Positions 34,650 through 44,239 are shown, numbered from the stretch's first letter. The stretch: DNA of 64,000 nucleotides from an uncultured Candidatus Poseidoniales archaeon (GCA_964585295.1 CAZPCY010000004.1:90786-154785), one strand, 5' to 3'. Numbers and translations: made by a program. Notes: generated by a model not told the origin, from the letters alone.

Positions 34650-37274
34650 ATGCGTCGTCGCGCCCTGATGCTCACCCTTCTTGCTGTGTGCGCTCCAATG
34701 GTGTCCTTAGACGTCACTGGCTCGGCTGGCGGGATGCTGATGATCACCGAAACGGTCACCCTGTCCGGCGATGGTGGAGTCGGAACGGGGGATATAGTGG
34801 TCACATTCGATGTCATAGAGGTTGAGGGTGGGCCTGCGAATGCCACTGTTCGCGCCAGCATAGTGTCAGGAGAGGGCGAGGAATTATCGGTTACCAATCT
34901 CAGCGTCAGCCTCAACGCCAGCGAGATGAGAGGAGTCTCGCTGACTCTGCAATCGGTTCCCCCTGGCCTGCACCAATTGCGCATGGTTCTAACCGGAGAG
35001 GTCGCGATACCTACCGCTGTGGGCTCTGACAACGGAACCGATCTGCATGAGCTGTTCATCAGACGCCATTTGCCACTCTCGCTGTCGCTCGCCGCACCTT
35101 TCACGATCGTCCCGCTTGATGGTCAAACCGGATTGCCGAGTGGTAATACAACCCTGCGCGATGGGGATTCAGCGAACATCTCCGTCGCCGTGACCAATGA
35201 GGGCGAGGTTGCTTGGAACGGCTCATGGGTCTTCGAGATAGATGATGGAGAGGGTGGCTGGATCCAAGTATCTTCAGGGGATGTCTCAATCTCCTGGGAT
35301 GATGATGGCCTCATCCAGGGGGCCTTGGGACCCCTGTCAGAGGGAGTCCTTCAGGTGCGGGCTAGGTTAATCGGCTTGGCAGATGCCGACCCTTCGGACA
35401 ACAGCGCCATCGATAACCTCACCACCGGCCCTCCTGCCGGCCCGAGGCCGCATATCTCTCTAATCGGGGATGTTGCGAATGCATCAGTCGGTGATCAGGT
35501 CGTCATCACGGCGATGGTGACCAACGATGGTGATCTCTCACATTTCGGCAATTGGTCATGTGGATGGGTCGATGGAACTCCTATCACGAATGGGAGCGGG
35601 TCGCTCTCCGTTGATGTTGGATCAGCGACTAACCTCACGATAATCGTCGAGGCAAGACCAGGTACGCTGAGATGTACCTTAGAATCTGCGAGAAGCCATG
35701 CGGATGCCACCTTAGAAGGGGAGATCGTATTCGACCTCGCCGCTGCTTCCTTCACCATCGCTGGCAGCGCCGGAATAGCCCTCACCGGATCTCCCGCGCA
35801 TGTAGGGGATACTCTGGAAGCGAGCGTTCTGGTGCACAATTCAGGGGAAGCGAGCGGATCCGCGTTCCTAGTGTTGACTCGGGGGGCAGATGGCGTCGCG
35901 ATTTCGACGGGGGCTCCCGTGACCATTGACCCTGGATCAAGTCGGGAGGTTACCACCATGATGACTCTGACCGAAAACGGCTCCCAGTCGATCGATTGGC
36001 GAATCGGTAGCCAAGACGGTTTCAGAGATGGGACTCTCAATGGAACCTCGTCCTTCGACGCCCAGGAATCGCAGTCACTCGATGTCTCGATTGCACCTGG
36101 ATCGTGGACCCTAGACACCGGCCTTTCGGCTACTGTGACCACCACACTCTCCGAGGGTCGCGATCGATTGGTCACCATCGAGACAGGTCACCTGGCCGGA
36201 GGTTCCCGAACCGCTGGCCTCACCTTCGCCGTGCTTCTCTCACCGGGCTCACGCACCTTCGAACTCGATCTTGACCACCCGGCTTCCTCATCGCTGTACG
36301 TGGAGGCGGAACCGGTTGGATGGACAGCCTCTGCCAATGCATATCATGAGGCTGCAGCGGTGATGCCGACGATTGCACCGTCGGTCGAATCACTGTCTTG
36401 GAGCACTCCTACACCCAATGGTCGCGTCACTCTGACCTTCGATCTAGTGAACGGCGGAAATAGCGATACCCTAGCTGGAGAAGTCGTCGTCGTCGACGCA
36501 GGGGATGGAGCGATACTTGCTGAGGTCGCCGTCGAACCTGTCGGTTCAAGAGCAGAGGAGATGTCAATCGTCGTCGATCCATGGCCGACCGGTTCCACCG
36601 TCGATCTACGCATCGAGTGGAGGTGCGGCGACGGTCGGGCGGAACTAGTCGAGACGATCAGCAATGCAATCATCGAGGAATCTCTCTCCGCGACATTGCC
36701 GGTCGAGGCTCTCGCGGTCGGCATCATCGGAGGTCTAGCATTAGGATTAGCAGCCAGACTCCTCCTTCGTCGCGATGAACAACCGAAGGGCAGGGAGGGG
36801 GAATCGTTGGGCCGAAGTAGAAGTTCGGGTCGTTCCCTTACGGCCGACGAGGACGACAAGCGAGAGGTGACTTGTCCTTCGTGCTCACAGGCTCTCAGGG
36901 TTCCATCGGCATACGCCGGCAGGGCTAGGTGTCCAGCGTGCAGCACTGAGTTCTCGGCAGCTAGAATGGATGATTCGGAGGGGGGTCAATCAGTCGAGAA
37001 GGTGGATGAGGAATTCGAAGGTTCGGAAACCACCCAGCCCTTCTCATCCCCGGAAGAGGAATCCGAACCTCCGGAGGCAAGTGAGTCCGATGCGAGCCGA
37101 TTGAATGCTTCTCAAGCTGACTCATCAGATGCGGAAGAATCGGTCGCCAGATCGAAGGACGATCTCCTATCCTGTCCGGAGTGTAGTCAGAGACTACGCA
37201 TCACGATTGACAAGAGGCCGACCAGAGCGAGATGTCCTGCCTGTCGGGCGGAATTCAGGGCAGAGGTGGGATGA
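34650..37274 (+). CDS. Large cell-surface protein with CARDB-like repeats, a C-terminal TM helix and a cytoplasmic tail carrying two MJ0042-type zinc ribbons
   Basis: Signal-like start MRRRALMLTLLAVCAPMVS at 34650. Repeated V-x-N-x-G modules (VAVTNEGEVAW, AMVTNDGDLSH, VLVHNSGEASG, FDLVNGGNSDT). TM helix ALAVGIIGGLALGLAARLLL. Zinc ribbons CPSCSQALRVP...RCPACSTEF and CPECSQRLRIT...RCPACRAEF. Confidence 0.65.
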   Translation: MRRRALMLTLLAVCAPMVSLDVTGSAGGMLMITETVTLSGDGGVGTGDIVVTFDVIEVEGGPANATVRASIVSGEGEELSVTNLSVSLNASEMRGVSLTLQSVPPGLHQLRMVLTGEVAIPTAVGSDNGTDLHELFIRRHLPLSLSLAAPFTIVPLDGQTGLPSGNTTLRDGDSANISVAVTNEGEVAWNGSWVFEIDDGEGGWIQVSSGDVSISWDDDGLIQGALGPLSEGVLQVRARLIGLADADPSDNSAIDNLTTGPPAGPRPHISLIGDVANASVGDQVVITAMVTNDGDLSHFGNWSCGWVDGTPITNGSGSLSVDVGSATNLTIIVEARPGTLRCTLESARSHADATLEGEIVFDLAAASFTIAGSAGIALTGSPAHVGDTLEASVLVHNSGEASGSAFLVLTRGADGVAISTGAPVTIDPGSSREVTTMMTLTENGSQSIDWRIGSQDGFRDGTLNGTSSFDAQESQSLDVSIAPGSWTLDTGLSATVTTTLSEGRDRLVTIETGHLAGGSRTAGLTFAVLLSPGSRTFELDLDHPASSSLYVEAEPVGWTASANAYHEAAAVMPTIAPSVESLSWSTPTPNGRVTLTFDLVNGGNSDTLAGEVVVVDAGDGAILAEVAVEPVGSRAEEMSIVVDPWPTGSTVDLRIEWRCGDGRAELVETISNAIIEESLSATLPVEALAVGIIGGLALGLAARLLLRRDEQPKGREGESLGRSRSSGRSLTADEDDKREVTCPSCSQALRVPSAYAGRARCPACSTEFSAARMDDSEGGQSVEKVDEEFEGSETTQPFSSPEEESEPPEASESDASRLNASQADSSDAEESVARSKDDLLSCPECSQRLRITIDKRPTRARCPACRAEFRAEVG

Positions 37275-37924
37275 TGAGCGGGTCCAACGAATATGTGGAG
37301 ATGTACCTCAAGCGCCTGTATGAATTACATCTGTCTGCTCCTGATCAACCCGTCCGAACCGGACAGATTGCCGCGGTCATGGAAGTCAGCGACCAATCTG
37401 CCTCAGAGATGCTCGCTCGACTCGGGGATCGAGGATTGGTCGATCGGGTGCCGTACAAGGGGGCCACCCTGAACGATGAGGGCCTTCGAATCGCGGCCGG
37501 GGTAAAACGGCGCGAATTGCTGCTCGAGGTTTTCCTCGATAGGATGCTCGGCTACGACGGCGACCTGAATGAGGCAGCATGTCGGCTGGAGCACGCCCTG
37601 AGTCCCGATTTGGAGCGACTAATCGATCGGTTGCTGGGATACCCCGAGAGGGGTATGGACGGCATCTGTATCCCCTCTGAGGGCAGGGCCATCGAACCCT
37701 TCCCTCCTGAAGTCCTAATTCCATTGCGGGCGCTACCTGATGGCGCCTCGGGAGTGATCTCTATCATCCTCTTTGATGGGGCGGTCAACCGGACGTTGGA
37801 ATCGAGCGGCATCGAGATAGATGCCAGAATCCAACGGGATGGCCCATCCTTCGCGCTCGGAGAGTCGTCATTGATTCTCTCCAACGATGTAGCTGATCGG
37901 ATCCTCGTCCGACTTGCGCCCTGA
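37271..37924 (+). CDS. DtxR/MntR-family metal-dependent transcriptional repressor with FeoA-like C-terminal domain
   Basis: ATGA overlap with the surface-protein stop. VEMYLKRLYEL ... VRTGQIAAVMEVSDQSASEMLARLGDRGLVDRVPYKGATLNDEG. Confidence 0.8.
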   Translation: MMSGSNEYVEMYLKRLYELHLSAPDQPVRTGQIAAVMEVSDQSASEMLARLGDRGLVDRVPYKGATLNDEGLRIAAGVKRRELLLEVFLDRMLGYDGDLNEAACRLEHALSPDLERLIDRLLGYPERGMDGICIPSEGRAIEPFPPEVLIPLRALPDGASGVISIILFDGAVNRTLESSGIEIDARIQRDGPSFALGESSLILSNDVADRILVRLAP

Positions 37925-37978
37925 AGGAGTCTTGATTCTGACGCTTAGAAATAAGTTCGGAATAGAGGCATAATGTCC

Positions 37979-37986
37979 TTTTTATC
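37979..37986 (+). promoter_or_regulatory. Candidate TATA box (TTTTTATC), with a GGTGA Shine-Dalgarno-like element at 38016-38020, for the DNase I-like gene
   Basis: AT-rich island in a GC-rich background. The TATA-like element lies about 40 nt upstream of ATG 38025, and GGTGA lies 5-9 nt upstream of it. Confidence 0.35.
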
Positions 37987-38024
37987 ACGAATCATTGAAA
38001 CTCGTTTGATGCCCGGGTGAATAT

Positions 38025-38960
38025 ATGGCCATAGATTTACGAGGAATCACGGCGATCTCCATCTGCCTCAATCTCGTGCTCGCAGGTTTGCTCCTGCATT
38101 CCATCCTTGAAGAGGAGGATGAACCAGTGATTGTCTTCTTCGATCGTTCGGATGAAGATCTCCAGCCGTTCGATCGAGATAAGACCATGAGGCTGGCCAC
38201 ATTCAACATCCGAACTTTCGGGGTCACGAAGATGGGGAAATCAGCCGTCGTTTCAGAGTTGGTCACAATCTTCGATCGATTCGATGTTGTCACCGTTCAA
38301 GAGATTAAGGATGTCAATCAGGAGGTGCCTTACAGGTTCCTTGACGAACTGAGGAATGGGTCGTCACCTGATTGGGACATGTTGCTCTCACCGCGAAGCG
38401 GCCAGCAGGATGATGATTTGTCCAGTCAGGAGCAGTATGCGGTCTACTTCCGCAGTTCATCGGCAAGGCCGGAATCTGAACCGTTCCTGCACAATGACAG
38501 TGCTCGGGATGAGTTCCAATATGAGCCGTTCGTGACCACTATCACCGCTCTCGGACCCACTGGGGAGGATACAAATCTGACCTTCACGATGATTTCAATT
38601 CACACCTCTCCGGGTTCAGCACCTCAAGAGCTTCGATCCTTGTCGAATCTCTCGGGAGTCCATTCAGATGTCGAGAATTTGATCTTCATCGGTGACATGA
38701 ACGCTGATTGCGACTATGTGTCATTGAACGAACTCGACGAATTGGAAATCCGAGGTGAGGACTACACATGGGTCGTCCCCGACAACGCTGACACCACGGT
38801 ATCCTCCACGAGGTGCGCGTACGATAGAATCGTCCTAAACGCTGGCATGGATCGATACTACACAGGTTGGTGGGGCATCGATCGTGACATGAGTGGACCG
38901 GATGTTTCCGACCATTATCCTGTTTGGGTGGAGTTCCACTTGCCAAACGGTTCCGATTGA
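38025..38960 (+). CDS. DNase I-family endonuclease (EEP fold) with N-terminal membrane anchor/signal
   Basis: Motif-by-motif match to bovine DNase I as I recall it: ATFNIRTFGVTKMGK vs AAFNIRTFGETKMSN; VTVQEIKD vs VLIQEVRD; GDMNADCDYV vs GDFNADCSYV; WVVPDNADTTVSSTRCAYDRIVL vs WLIPDSADTTATSTNCAYDRIVV; SDHYPVWVEF vs SDHYPVEVTL. Confidence 0.85.
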   Translation: MAIDLRGITAISICLNLVLAGLLLHSILEEEDEPVIVFFDRSDEDLQPFDRDKTMRLATFNIRTFGVTKMGKSAVVSELVTIFDRFDVVTVQEIKDVNQEVPYRFLDELRNGSSPDWDMLLSPRSGQQDDDLSSQEQYAVYFRSSSARPESEPFLHNDSARDEFQYEPFVTTITALGPTGEDTNLTFTMISIHTSPGSAPQELRSLSNLSGVHSDVENLIFIGDMNADCDYVSLNELDELEIRGEDYTWVVPDNADTTVSSTRCAYDRIVLNAGMDRYYTGWWGIDRDMSGPDVSDHYPVWVEFHLPNGSD

Positions 38961-39033
38961 TGGTACTGGTATTGGGATTCTAATCCTCGGCCACCACGAA
39001 TCTTCTTCATCCGATGCCCCGCGATGGCCCACC

Positions 39034-40686
39034 ATGAGTGGCGTCGAGGAGGCAGATGAAGCCTCAGCCGACGAATCCGAGGTCCCATCTGATTTGGGTG
39101 AGGCCGAGGATGCGGGAGATGCTGACTCCGACATCATGCCAGATCTAGACGAGGCGATGGCCCTCTTGGGAGCCGATCCCTCAGACGCCGAAGAAGCGAT
39201 GGCGGAGCCGATTGAGAACTCGGACCGCAGATTGATGCTCCGAGATCGGGAGGAGAATCTGATTGATCTGGATGAGAAGCTGATCTCAAGTGGGTTGCGG
39301 CTGATCCACGCGCTGCCGATTATCGCCCTTGTTCTGCTCGGCGTCGGCCGAACCTTCGGAGACCAATCTCCCGGCTGGTGGGATGCTCATGTCAGACCGT
39401 CCTTGGGCGCATCCTTCACCTTCGCAATAGGGGCGCTTGCGATTCTAGTCCTAGTAGCACACCTGTCAGCGCTGACCTTGCTCCTGCGGACCATTTGGCT
39501 TACCCGAGAGGGGATTAGGTTGGAGACCGCGGTCAGAGAGGAAGATGGACAGAGATTCAGGAGCGTGCACGGGCACGCGAGGATGCGCGCCATCGTGGAA
39601 TCAGCATACAGACAGAACCTCGTTATCGCGATGATGGTTGCTGCCGCCGTAGTGTTGCAGGTGCTGGCCCTCCTGCCCAATCTAGGCACTGACTCGTCGA
39701 TGACGATGCTCGCCTTGGGAAGCGCCGCTCTGATGGTCGGCTACGGGTTGCAACTCCTGTCGATGAGAAAGAGATTCAATTCGGCTCATATTTGCGGGAT
39801 GCTGAATGCGTATGAATCTCCGGTTCATCCAGCGCTTCCGGAGCACCCCTTTACTGGCGTGATAGGGAGTCATATGGACCCAATTCTCCGAGCGAGGGTG
39901 AACGAGTTCGTCCATGGACTCTCAGACCACCTGACTGGGGATTTCGACCTCGCAGTAGTCCAGGAGAGGCTCCTGCACGCGCTATCTCTTGGGAGCAGGA
40001 GCAGGTCTTCCGATGAGGATTTGCTCAAGCGAGCGCTCGGAGATCTAATCGATGATGATGGAATGGCGAAGATTAGCAGCGATTCCGAAGTCATCAATAG
40101 ATATGTTTTGTACGACATCCTCGAAAATTCAAGGACGAAGGCGAGACCCTTCTTCCGGCTGTACGACAGGGTTCGACATCGCTCGCATGAAGTGGCTTCT
40201 GGTTCTAGGCCCCCGGGTGGCATTTGGTTCGATGTTGACATGGAGAACCTAGTCACAGGTGAGGCTAACCTGTTCGTTTTCGTCCATAACGGAACTCCAG
40301 AGGAGAAGGACCTAGTCGTCCGTGTTCTAACTCCCGATTTCCGTCCATCGGAGACAACCTACTCGATTCGACTGGTGCCGGGTCAGCACCACGCCATGGT
40401 GGAGGTTGATTCTGAGGAGGTCGATGCCGCCCTAGTCGATCTCTACGCTGAGGCCAGTCTGGTCTGGCAAACTCTCCTTCCAGCCCGCATCGGCGAGGGC
40501 ACAGTGACTGCACGGCTCGAGGATCCCGAGGGTAATCTGGTCACCGGACGCATCATCACGGTAAAATCTCGGTATGATCTGATGGAGCGCGTCAGGACGT
40601 GGGCGTCGATGATTCTGATGGCTAGCGGAGGAATAGCGGTCTTGTCTAGGTTGGTGCCATCGGTTCTCGAATTCCTCACGCTCTGA
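39034..40686 (+). CDS. Membrane protein with acidic N-terminus and beta-rich C-terminal domain, unknown function
   Basis: Start at the internal ATG 39034 (MSGVEEADEA), after the DNase gene. At least four TM helices; the last is at the extreme C-terminus. Confidence 0.5.
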   Translation: MSGVEEADEASADESEVPSDLGEAEDAGDADSDIMPDLDEAMALLGADPSDAEEAMAEPIENSDRRLMLRDREENLIDLDEKLISSGLRLIHALPIIALVLLGVGRTFGDQSPGWWDAHVRPSLGASFTFAIGALAILVLVAHLSALTLLLRTIWLTREGIRLETAVREEDGQRFRSVHGHARMRAIVESAYRQNLVIAMMVAAAVVLQVLALLPNLGTDSSMTMLALGSAALMVGYGLQLLSMRKRFNSAHICGMLNAYESPVHPALPEHPFTGVIGSHMDPILRARVNEFVHGLSDHLTGDFDLAVVQERLLHALSLGSRSRSSDEDLLKRALGDLIDDDGMAKISSDSEVINRYVLYDILENSRTKARPFFRLYDRVRHRSHEVASGSRPPGGIWFDVDMENLVTGEANLFVFVHNGTPEEKDLVVRVLTPDFRPSETTYSIRLVPGQHHAMVEVDSEEVDAALVDLYAEASLVWQTLLPARIGEGTVTARLEDPEGNLVTGRIITVKSRYDLMERVRTWASMILMASGGIAVLSRLVPSVLEFLTL

Positions 40687-40705
40687 TGCGACAATACAGT
40701 GACGA

Positions 40706-41752
40706 TTGTCTGAAGGAGCGTATTCAAGACCTCCGCGAGGGTGCGGCGGTGGGATGAGTGACACGCAGGGAGGCCGTGACGCCGACCTGAAGACGAGACT
40801 GCATGCGATGGAGACCAAACTCTCTAGGATGCGCGATCAACGCAACCAGCACAATGAGCAGGCGAAGAGGGCGGCGGAACAGAGGAACGCCCTGCATGGG
40901 CAGAGAAGGGAACTGCAGTCTAGCATCGATGAACGGATGGAGGAGCAGAACGGAATCCGCGAGAGGGCGCGAGGCAAGAAGGCAATCCGCGATGGCATTC
41001 AAGAGCAACTCAAGGCGCTTTTCGATCGGCAGCGTTCCGGTAAGGGAGACCAGCGCCAAGCGAAGTCGATTATCGTGCGACTGTCGGAGACAGTGGGTGA
41101 GATGGACCGGATTCAGACACGTCTAGAGACCGATGGCAGTCTCTCCTTGGATGCCGAAAACGGGATGGTAAAGCGACTTCGAGAACTCGCCAGCGTGAGG
41201 GACGAGCTCGCCCCTCACGTACAGGAGGAAGCGCAAATCCAGATCGACCTCGATGACATCGATGGCTCGATTCAGAGGCTTAAGGGAGAGGCTGACGAAG
41301 CGCATCAGGCGATGGTTTCTCTGCACGAGGAGGCGGATGCTCTCTGGGAGACTCTCAAGTCGTCACTGGAGGAGCGTGACCAATTACGCGCCGAAGGTGA
41401 TCGACTACATCAGGCGTTCATCACATCGAGGGAGCAGGCAGATTCGATACATGAGTCGGTCGTCGAATTGATCGACGAGGTCAACGGAATCCGTGACCAG
41501 TTGAACCAACAGCGTCTCGACCGGAAGAAACTGATCGACGATCACAACGAGTCGGTGCGCAGGATGCTCTCTACCCCTGATGAGGACGAGGGGCTCGCCT
41601 CATCGCTAACTGAGAGGCTGATGTCTCAGGGCAACATCACCCTCGGTGGCGGAGTAGCCGAGAAGGAACAACGAGGCGGTGGTGCACACCGGAAGCGCGG
41701 CACCGGAGCGAGGCGAAGTCGCGTCGTACGAGGCGGTCCACGCCGCTCTTGA
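40706..41752 (+). CDS. Coiled-coil protein (COG1340-like), paralog 4
   Basis: Heptad-rich. IVRLSETVGEMDRIQTRLETDGSLSLDAENGMVKRLREL motif; C-terminal LMSQGNITLGG plus a basic tail. Alternative start ATG 40754. Confidence 0.6.
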   Translation: MSEGAYSRPPRGCGGGMSDTQGGRDADLKTRLHAMETKLSRMRDQRNQHNEQAKRAAEQRNALHGQRRELQSSIDERMEEQNGIRERARGKKAIRDGIQEQLKALFDRQRSGKGDQRQAKSIIVRLSETVGEMDRIQTRLETDGSLSLDAENGMVKRLRELASVRDELAPHVQEEAQIQIDLDDIDGSIQRLKGEADEAHQAMVSLHEEADALWETLKSSLEERDQLRAEGDRLHQAFITSREQADSIHESVVELIDEVNGIRDQLNQQRLDRKKLIDDHNESVRRMLSTPDEDEGLASSLTERLMSQGNITLGGGVAEKEQRGGGAHRKRGTGARRSRVVRGGPRRS

Positions 41753-41820
41753 ACGGCTTGGGAGAGTCGGGTCGCCGTGCTACTCAAATACCCCCGTGGG
41801 ACGGCGACGGAACGACTACC

Positions 41821-42051
41821 ATGACGGCGCCGGTACGGAGCTACAACCGCAGCTGGGACGAGATAGAGGCGATGTTGGATGCAGCGGAGGATCGAGTCCG
41901 GGAATGGAAGGACTGGTTCGAGCAGTGCAAAGAGGTGCACGACCGAGACGGCATGAAGGAGGCTGCACGCAATTACAAGGCTCTTGAAGGCGTCGTCAAG
42001 ACTCTGAAGTGGGTTCTCGGAGAGAAGGGTATCGACCACCCACTAGAGTGA
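41821..42051 (+). CDS. Small helical protein, unknown function
   Basis: ATG at 41821 (MTAPVRSYNRSWDEIEAMLDAAEDRVREWKDWFEQ). The listed ORF begins with TTG at 41749, overlapping the upstream stop. Confidence 0.35.
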   Translation: MTAPVRSYNRSWDEIEAMLDAAEDRVREWKDWFEQCKEVHDRDGMKEAARNYKALEGVVKTLKWVLGEKGIDHPLE

Positions 42052-42120
42052 GCCGACCCTCATCCTATCGATTGCCCCGGCTAGTGGTCACCGACTTCTT
42101 TTCCGGTCTCCAGACCCCGC

Positions 42121-43110
42121 TCACCAGCCACGGGATTCGAGCCGGACTTCCAGAGTCTCAATATCGAGTCCAGGCATCGCCTCACCGGTCATCTCGCACG
42201 CCTCGACTACCTTCTCGGCATCGTCGAAGTGATGGGTGGCGAGGACGATTGCCTCAGCTGTTCTCTCAGGGTCATCTGACTTGAAAATCCCCGAGCCGAC
42301 GAATATCCCATCCATCCCATGATGCATCATCAGAGCGGCATCTGCCGGGGTGGCAATCCCTCCGGCGGAGAAGGTGACCACCGGAAGCCTGTGCATATCG
42401 ACGACATCGCGCATGACCGATTCGACTTCGGTACGAACCTCCTCGATCGTTCCATGAGGAGTGTCGGTGACGGCCAGATCGAACCCGGATGCTCCCTCAA
42501 GACGATGGAAACCAGCCATCACCTGCGTGACGGCTTGATCGAATCCAGCGTCGTCCAAACGTGACAGATGTTCCATCTCTGCGGCGACCACCCGAGCGTG
42601 CTGGACGGCGCTGACGACATTCCCCGTTCCAGCCTCACCCTTGGTTCGCATCATAGCAGCGCCTTCCGCGATTCGCCTGACTGCCTCACCCATGTCGGTG
42701 CAGCCGCAGACGAATGGGACTGTGAACCGCTTCTTCGCGATGTGATGGAATGGGTCTGCGGGAGTCAACACCTCGCTCTCGTCGATCATGTCCACACCAA
42801 GGCTCTCAAGCACCCTAGCCTCCTCGTCGTGACCGATTCGAGCCTTGGCCATCACCGGGATTGAGGTGGTGTCGATTATCCCCCGAATCATGTCAGGGTG
42901 GCTCATCCGAGCGACCCCGCCATCTGACCTGATGTCTGCCGGAACCCGCTCCAGAGCCATGACGCTGGTCGCTCCAGAATCCTCCGCCACCTGTGCTTCC
43001 TCAGGGGTGACGACGTCCATGATGACGCCTCCTTCCTGCATACGGGCGAAGCCTCGCTTCAGCAGGTCGGTGCCGTGTCTCAGGCTTTCCATGTCGATGC
43101 GTCGGGCCAT
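42121..43110 (-). CDS. pdxS: Pyridoxal 5'-phosphate synthase, lyase subunit PdxS
   Basis: [43 protein letters not shown] and further PdxS/SNZ signatures along the full length. Confidence 0.95.
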   Translation of the reverse strand: MARRIDMESLRHGTDLLKRGFARMQEGGVIMDVVTPEEAQVAEDSGATSVMALERVPADIRSDGGVARMSHPDMIRGIIDTTSIPVMAKARIGHDEEARVLESLGVDMIDESEVLTPADPFHHIAKKRFTVPFVCGCTDMGEAVRRIAEGAAMMRTKGEAGTGNVVSAVQHARVVAAEMEHLSRLDDAGFDQAVTQVMAGFHRLEGASGFDLAVTDTPHGTIEEVRTEVESVMRDVVDMHRLPVVTFSAGGIATPADAALMMHHGMDGIFVGSGIFKSDDPERTAEAIVLATHHFDDAEKVVEACEMTGEAMPGLDIETLEVRLESRGW

Positions 43111-43273
43111 CGGTATAACCGAGCCGAGAGGCTGACATGAATGTTCGTTAATCCAAGAGTCTGATTATCGAGGACGGAGTCGCAAGATGTGCATGGTCCG
43201 GAACGGTGTTCTCTCATCGGACGGTGACGTCTGACTGAGGTGGCTGGACCAGCCGCGGCCGAAAGTTGAGGAT

Positions 43274-43549
43274 TCAGTCTCCAAGGACGGGGGAGTCGCC
43301 CATAGCGAGTGGTAGATTTGGCGACTCGTTCTCGTTCCGGTCGATCCACTCCTCTTCCTCTGGCGGCACGTCAGTGTCAGCGAAGATTGCCTCGACTGGA
43401 CACTCCGCGACGCAGGCGGCGCAGTCGATGCACTCGTCGGGGTCGATGACGAGATATGTATCGGCTTCCTTGAACGCCTCCACGGGGCAGACGGCGACGC
43501 AATCCTGGTACTTGTGGTCAACACAGGCGCTGGTGACTACATGTGTCAT
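43274..43549 (-). CDS. fdxA: 7Fe-type ferredoxin (FdxA-like)
   Basis: [26 protein letters not shown] ... [18 protein letters not shown]. Confidence 0.88.
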   Translation of the reverse strand: MTHVVTSACVDHKYQDCVAVCPVEAFKEADTYLVIDPDECIDCAACVAECPVEAIFADTDVPPEEEEWIDRNENESPNLPLAMGDSPVLGD

Positions 43550-43750
43550 GTCGCGTCGTGTGCACCGGACGCATTTGAATCCTCTTTCGGACTTCTTTCC
43601 CGTTCGACAGTATCGGATGGGGTCAGAATCGGACTATTTCTCGACGAATGGTAATCCTGAGGTGATTCCATTCAGCACTAGCCGTCTCGAATGGGAGTTT
43701 GACGCAAAGCCCCGATCAGTCATCGAATCTGGATGGCGAATGAACGCGAA

Positions 43751-44239
43751 TCACTTCCCGGCGTCGTCGTGGATGCCAATCCATCCCCGGTTCTCTGCAA
43801 TGGCGATGGATGCGTTGAGGAGTTCACGAGCGATGTCGATTGGGGACTGGGTCGGATAGACCTCTAATTTAATCCGCCCCTTCACTGCAGCACCTGAACC
43901 TACAGACTCCAGCAACTGCATCTTACCGCAAGCGAGTGCTCCAAGATCGAGTCTTAGGTGCAGGACTCGCTCTTCGTCGATTCTTCCAGTCAAAGCCCCC
44001 TCGTCTTCGGTGAGGCTTGAAAGGAGAGGTGTTCCGAGCCTGGCAATCACCTCAGTGGATGCTCGTCGCTTCTCGATTCTGACCTTGAGAAGACGCTGCG
44101 TTGCTCCGTGGTGAGAGCGGCTCACCTCCTCCTCGATGACTGCGTCCTCACCCACCAACCAAGACAGCGCATCCTTGACGATGTCTTCGTCGTCGATTGC
44201 GCTGCAGTTGATTCGCCAAGCGACGCTGTGAACGCTCAC
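43751..44239 (-). CDS. Hypothetical protein, possibly a DUF54/COG1931-type RNA-binding protein
   Basis: 162-aa ORF. The N-terminal pattern VAWRINCSAIDDEDIVKDALSWLVG weakly recalls that family. Assignment is weak. Confidence 0.35.
   Translation of the reverse strand: MSVHSVAWRINCSAIDDEDIVKDALSWLVGEDAVIEEEVSRSHHGATQRLLKVRIEKRRASTEVIARLGTPLLSSLTEDEGALTGRIDEERVLHLRLDLGALACGKMQLLESVGSGAAVKGRIKLEVYPTQSPIDIARELLNASIAIAENRGWIGIHDDAGK

Noticed and set aside
34541-35104. N-terminal 188 residues of the listed ORF 33719-35104
   Set aside because: The low-complexity S/T/P/R sequence is antisense to the start of the surface-protein gene. The coiled-coil character begins only at the internal ATG 34540.
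43550-43750. 200-nt intergenic spacer with a small hairpin (GAATGG...CCATTC), checked as a possible C/D-box sRNA or other ncRNA
   Set aside because: There are no convincing C (RUGAUGA) and D (CUGA) box pairs on either strand. The hairpin is short, so this is most simply a promoter or UTR spacer.
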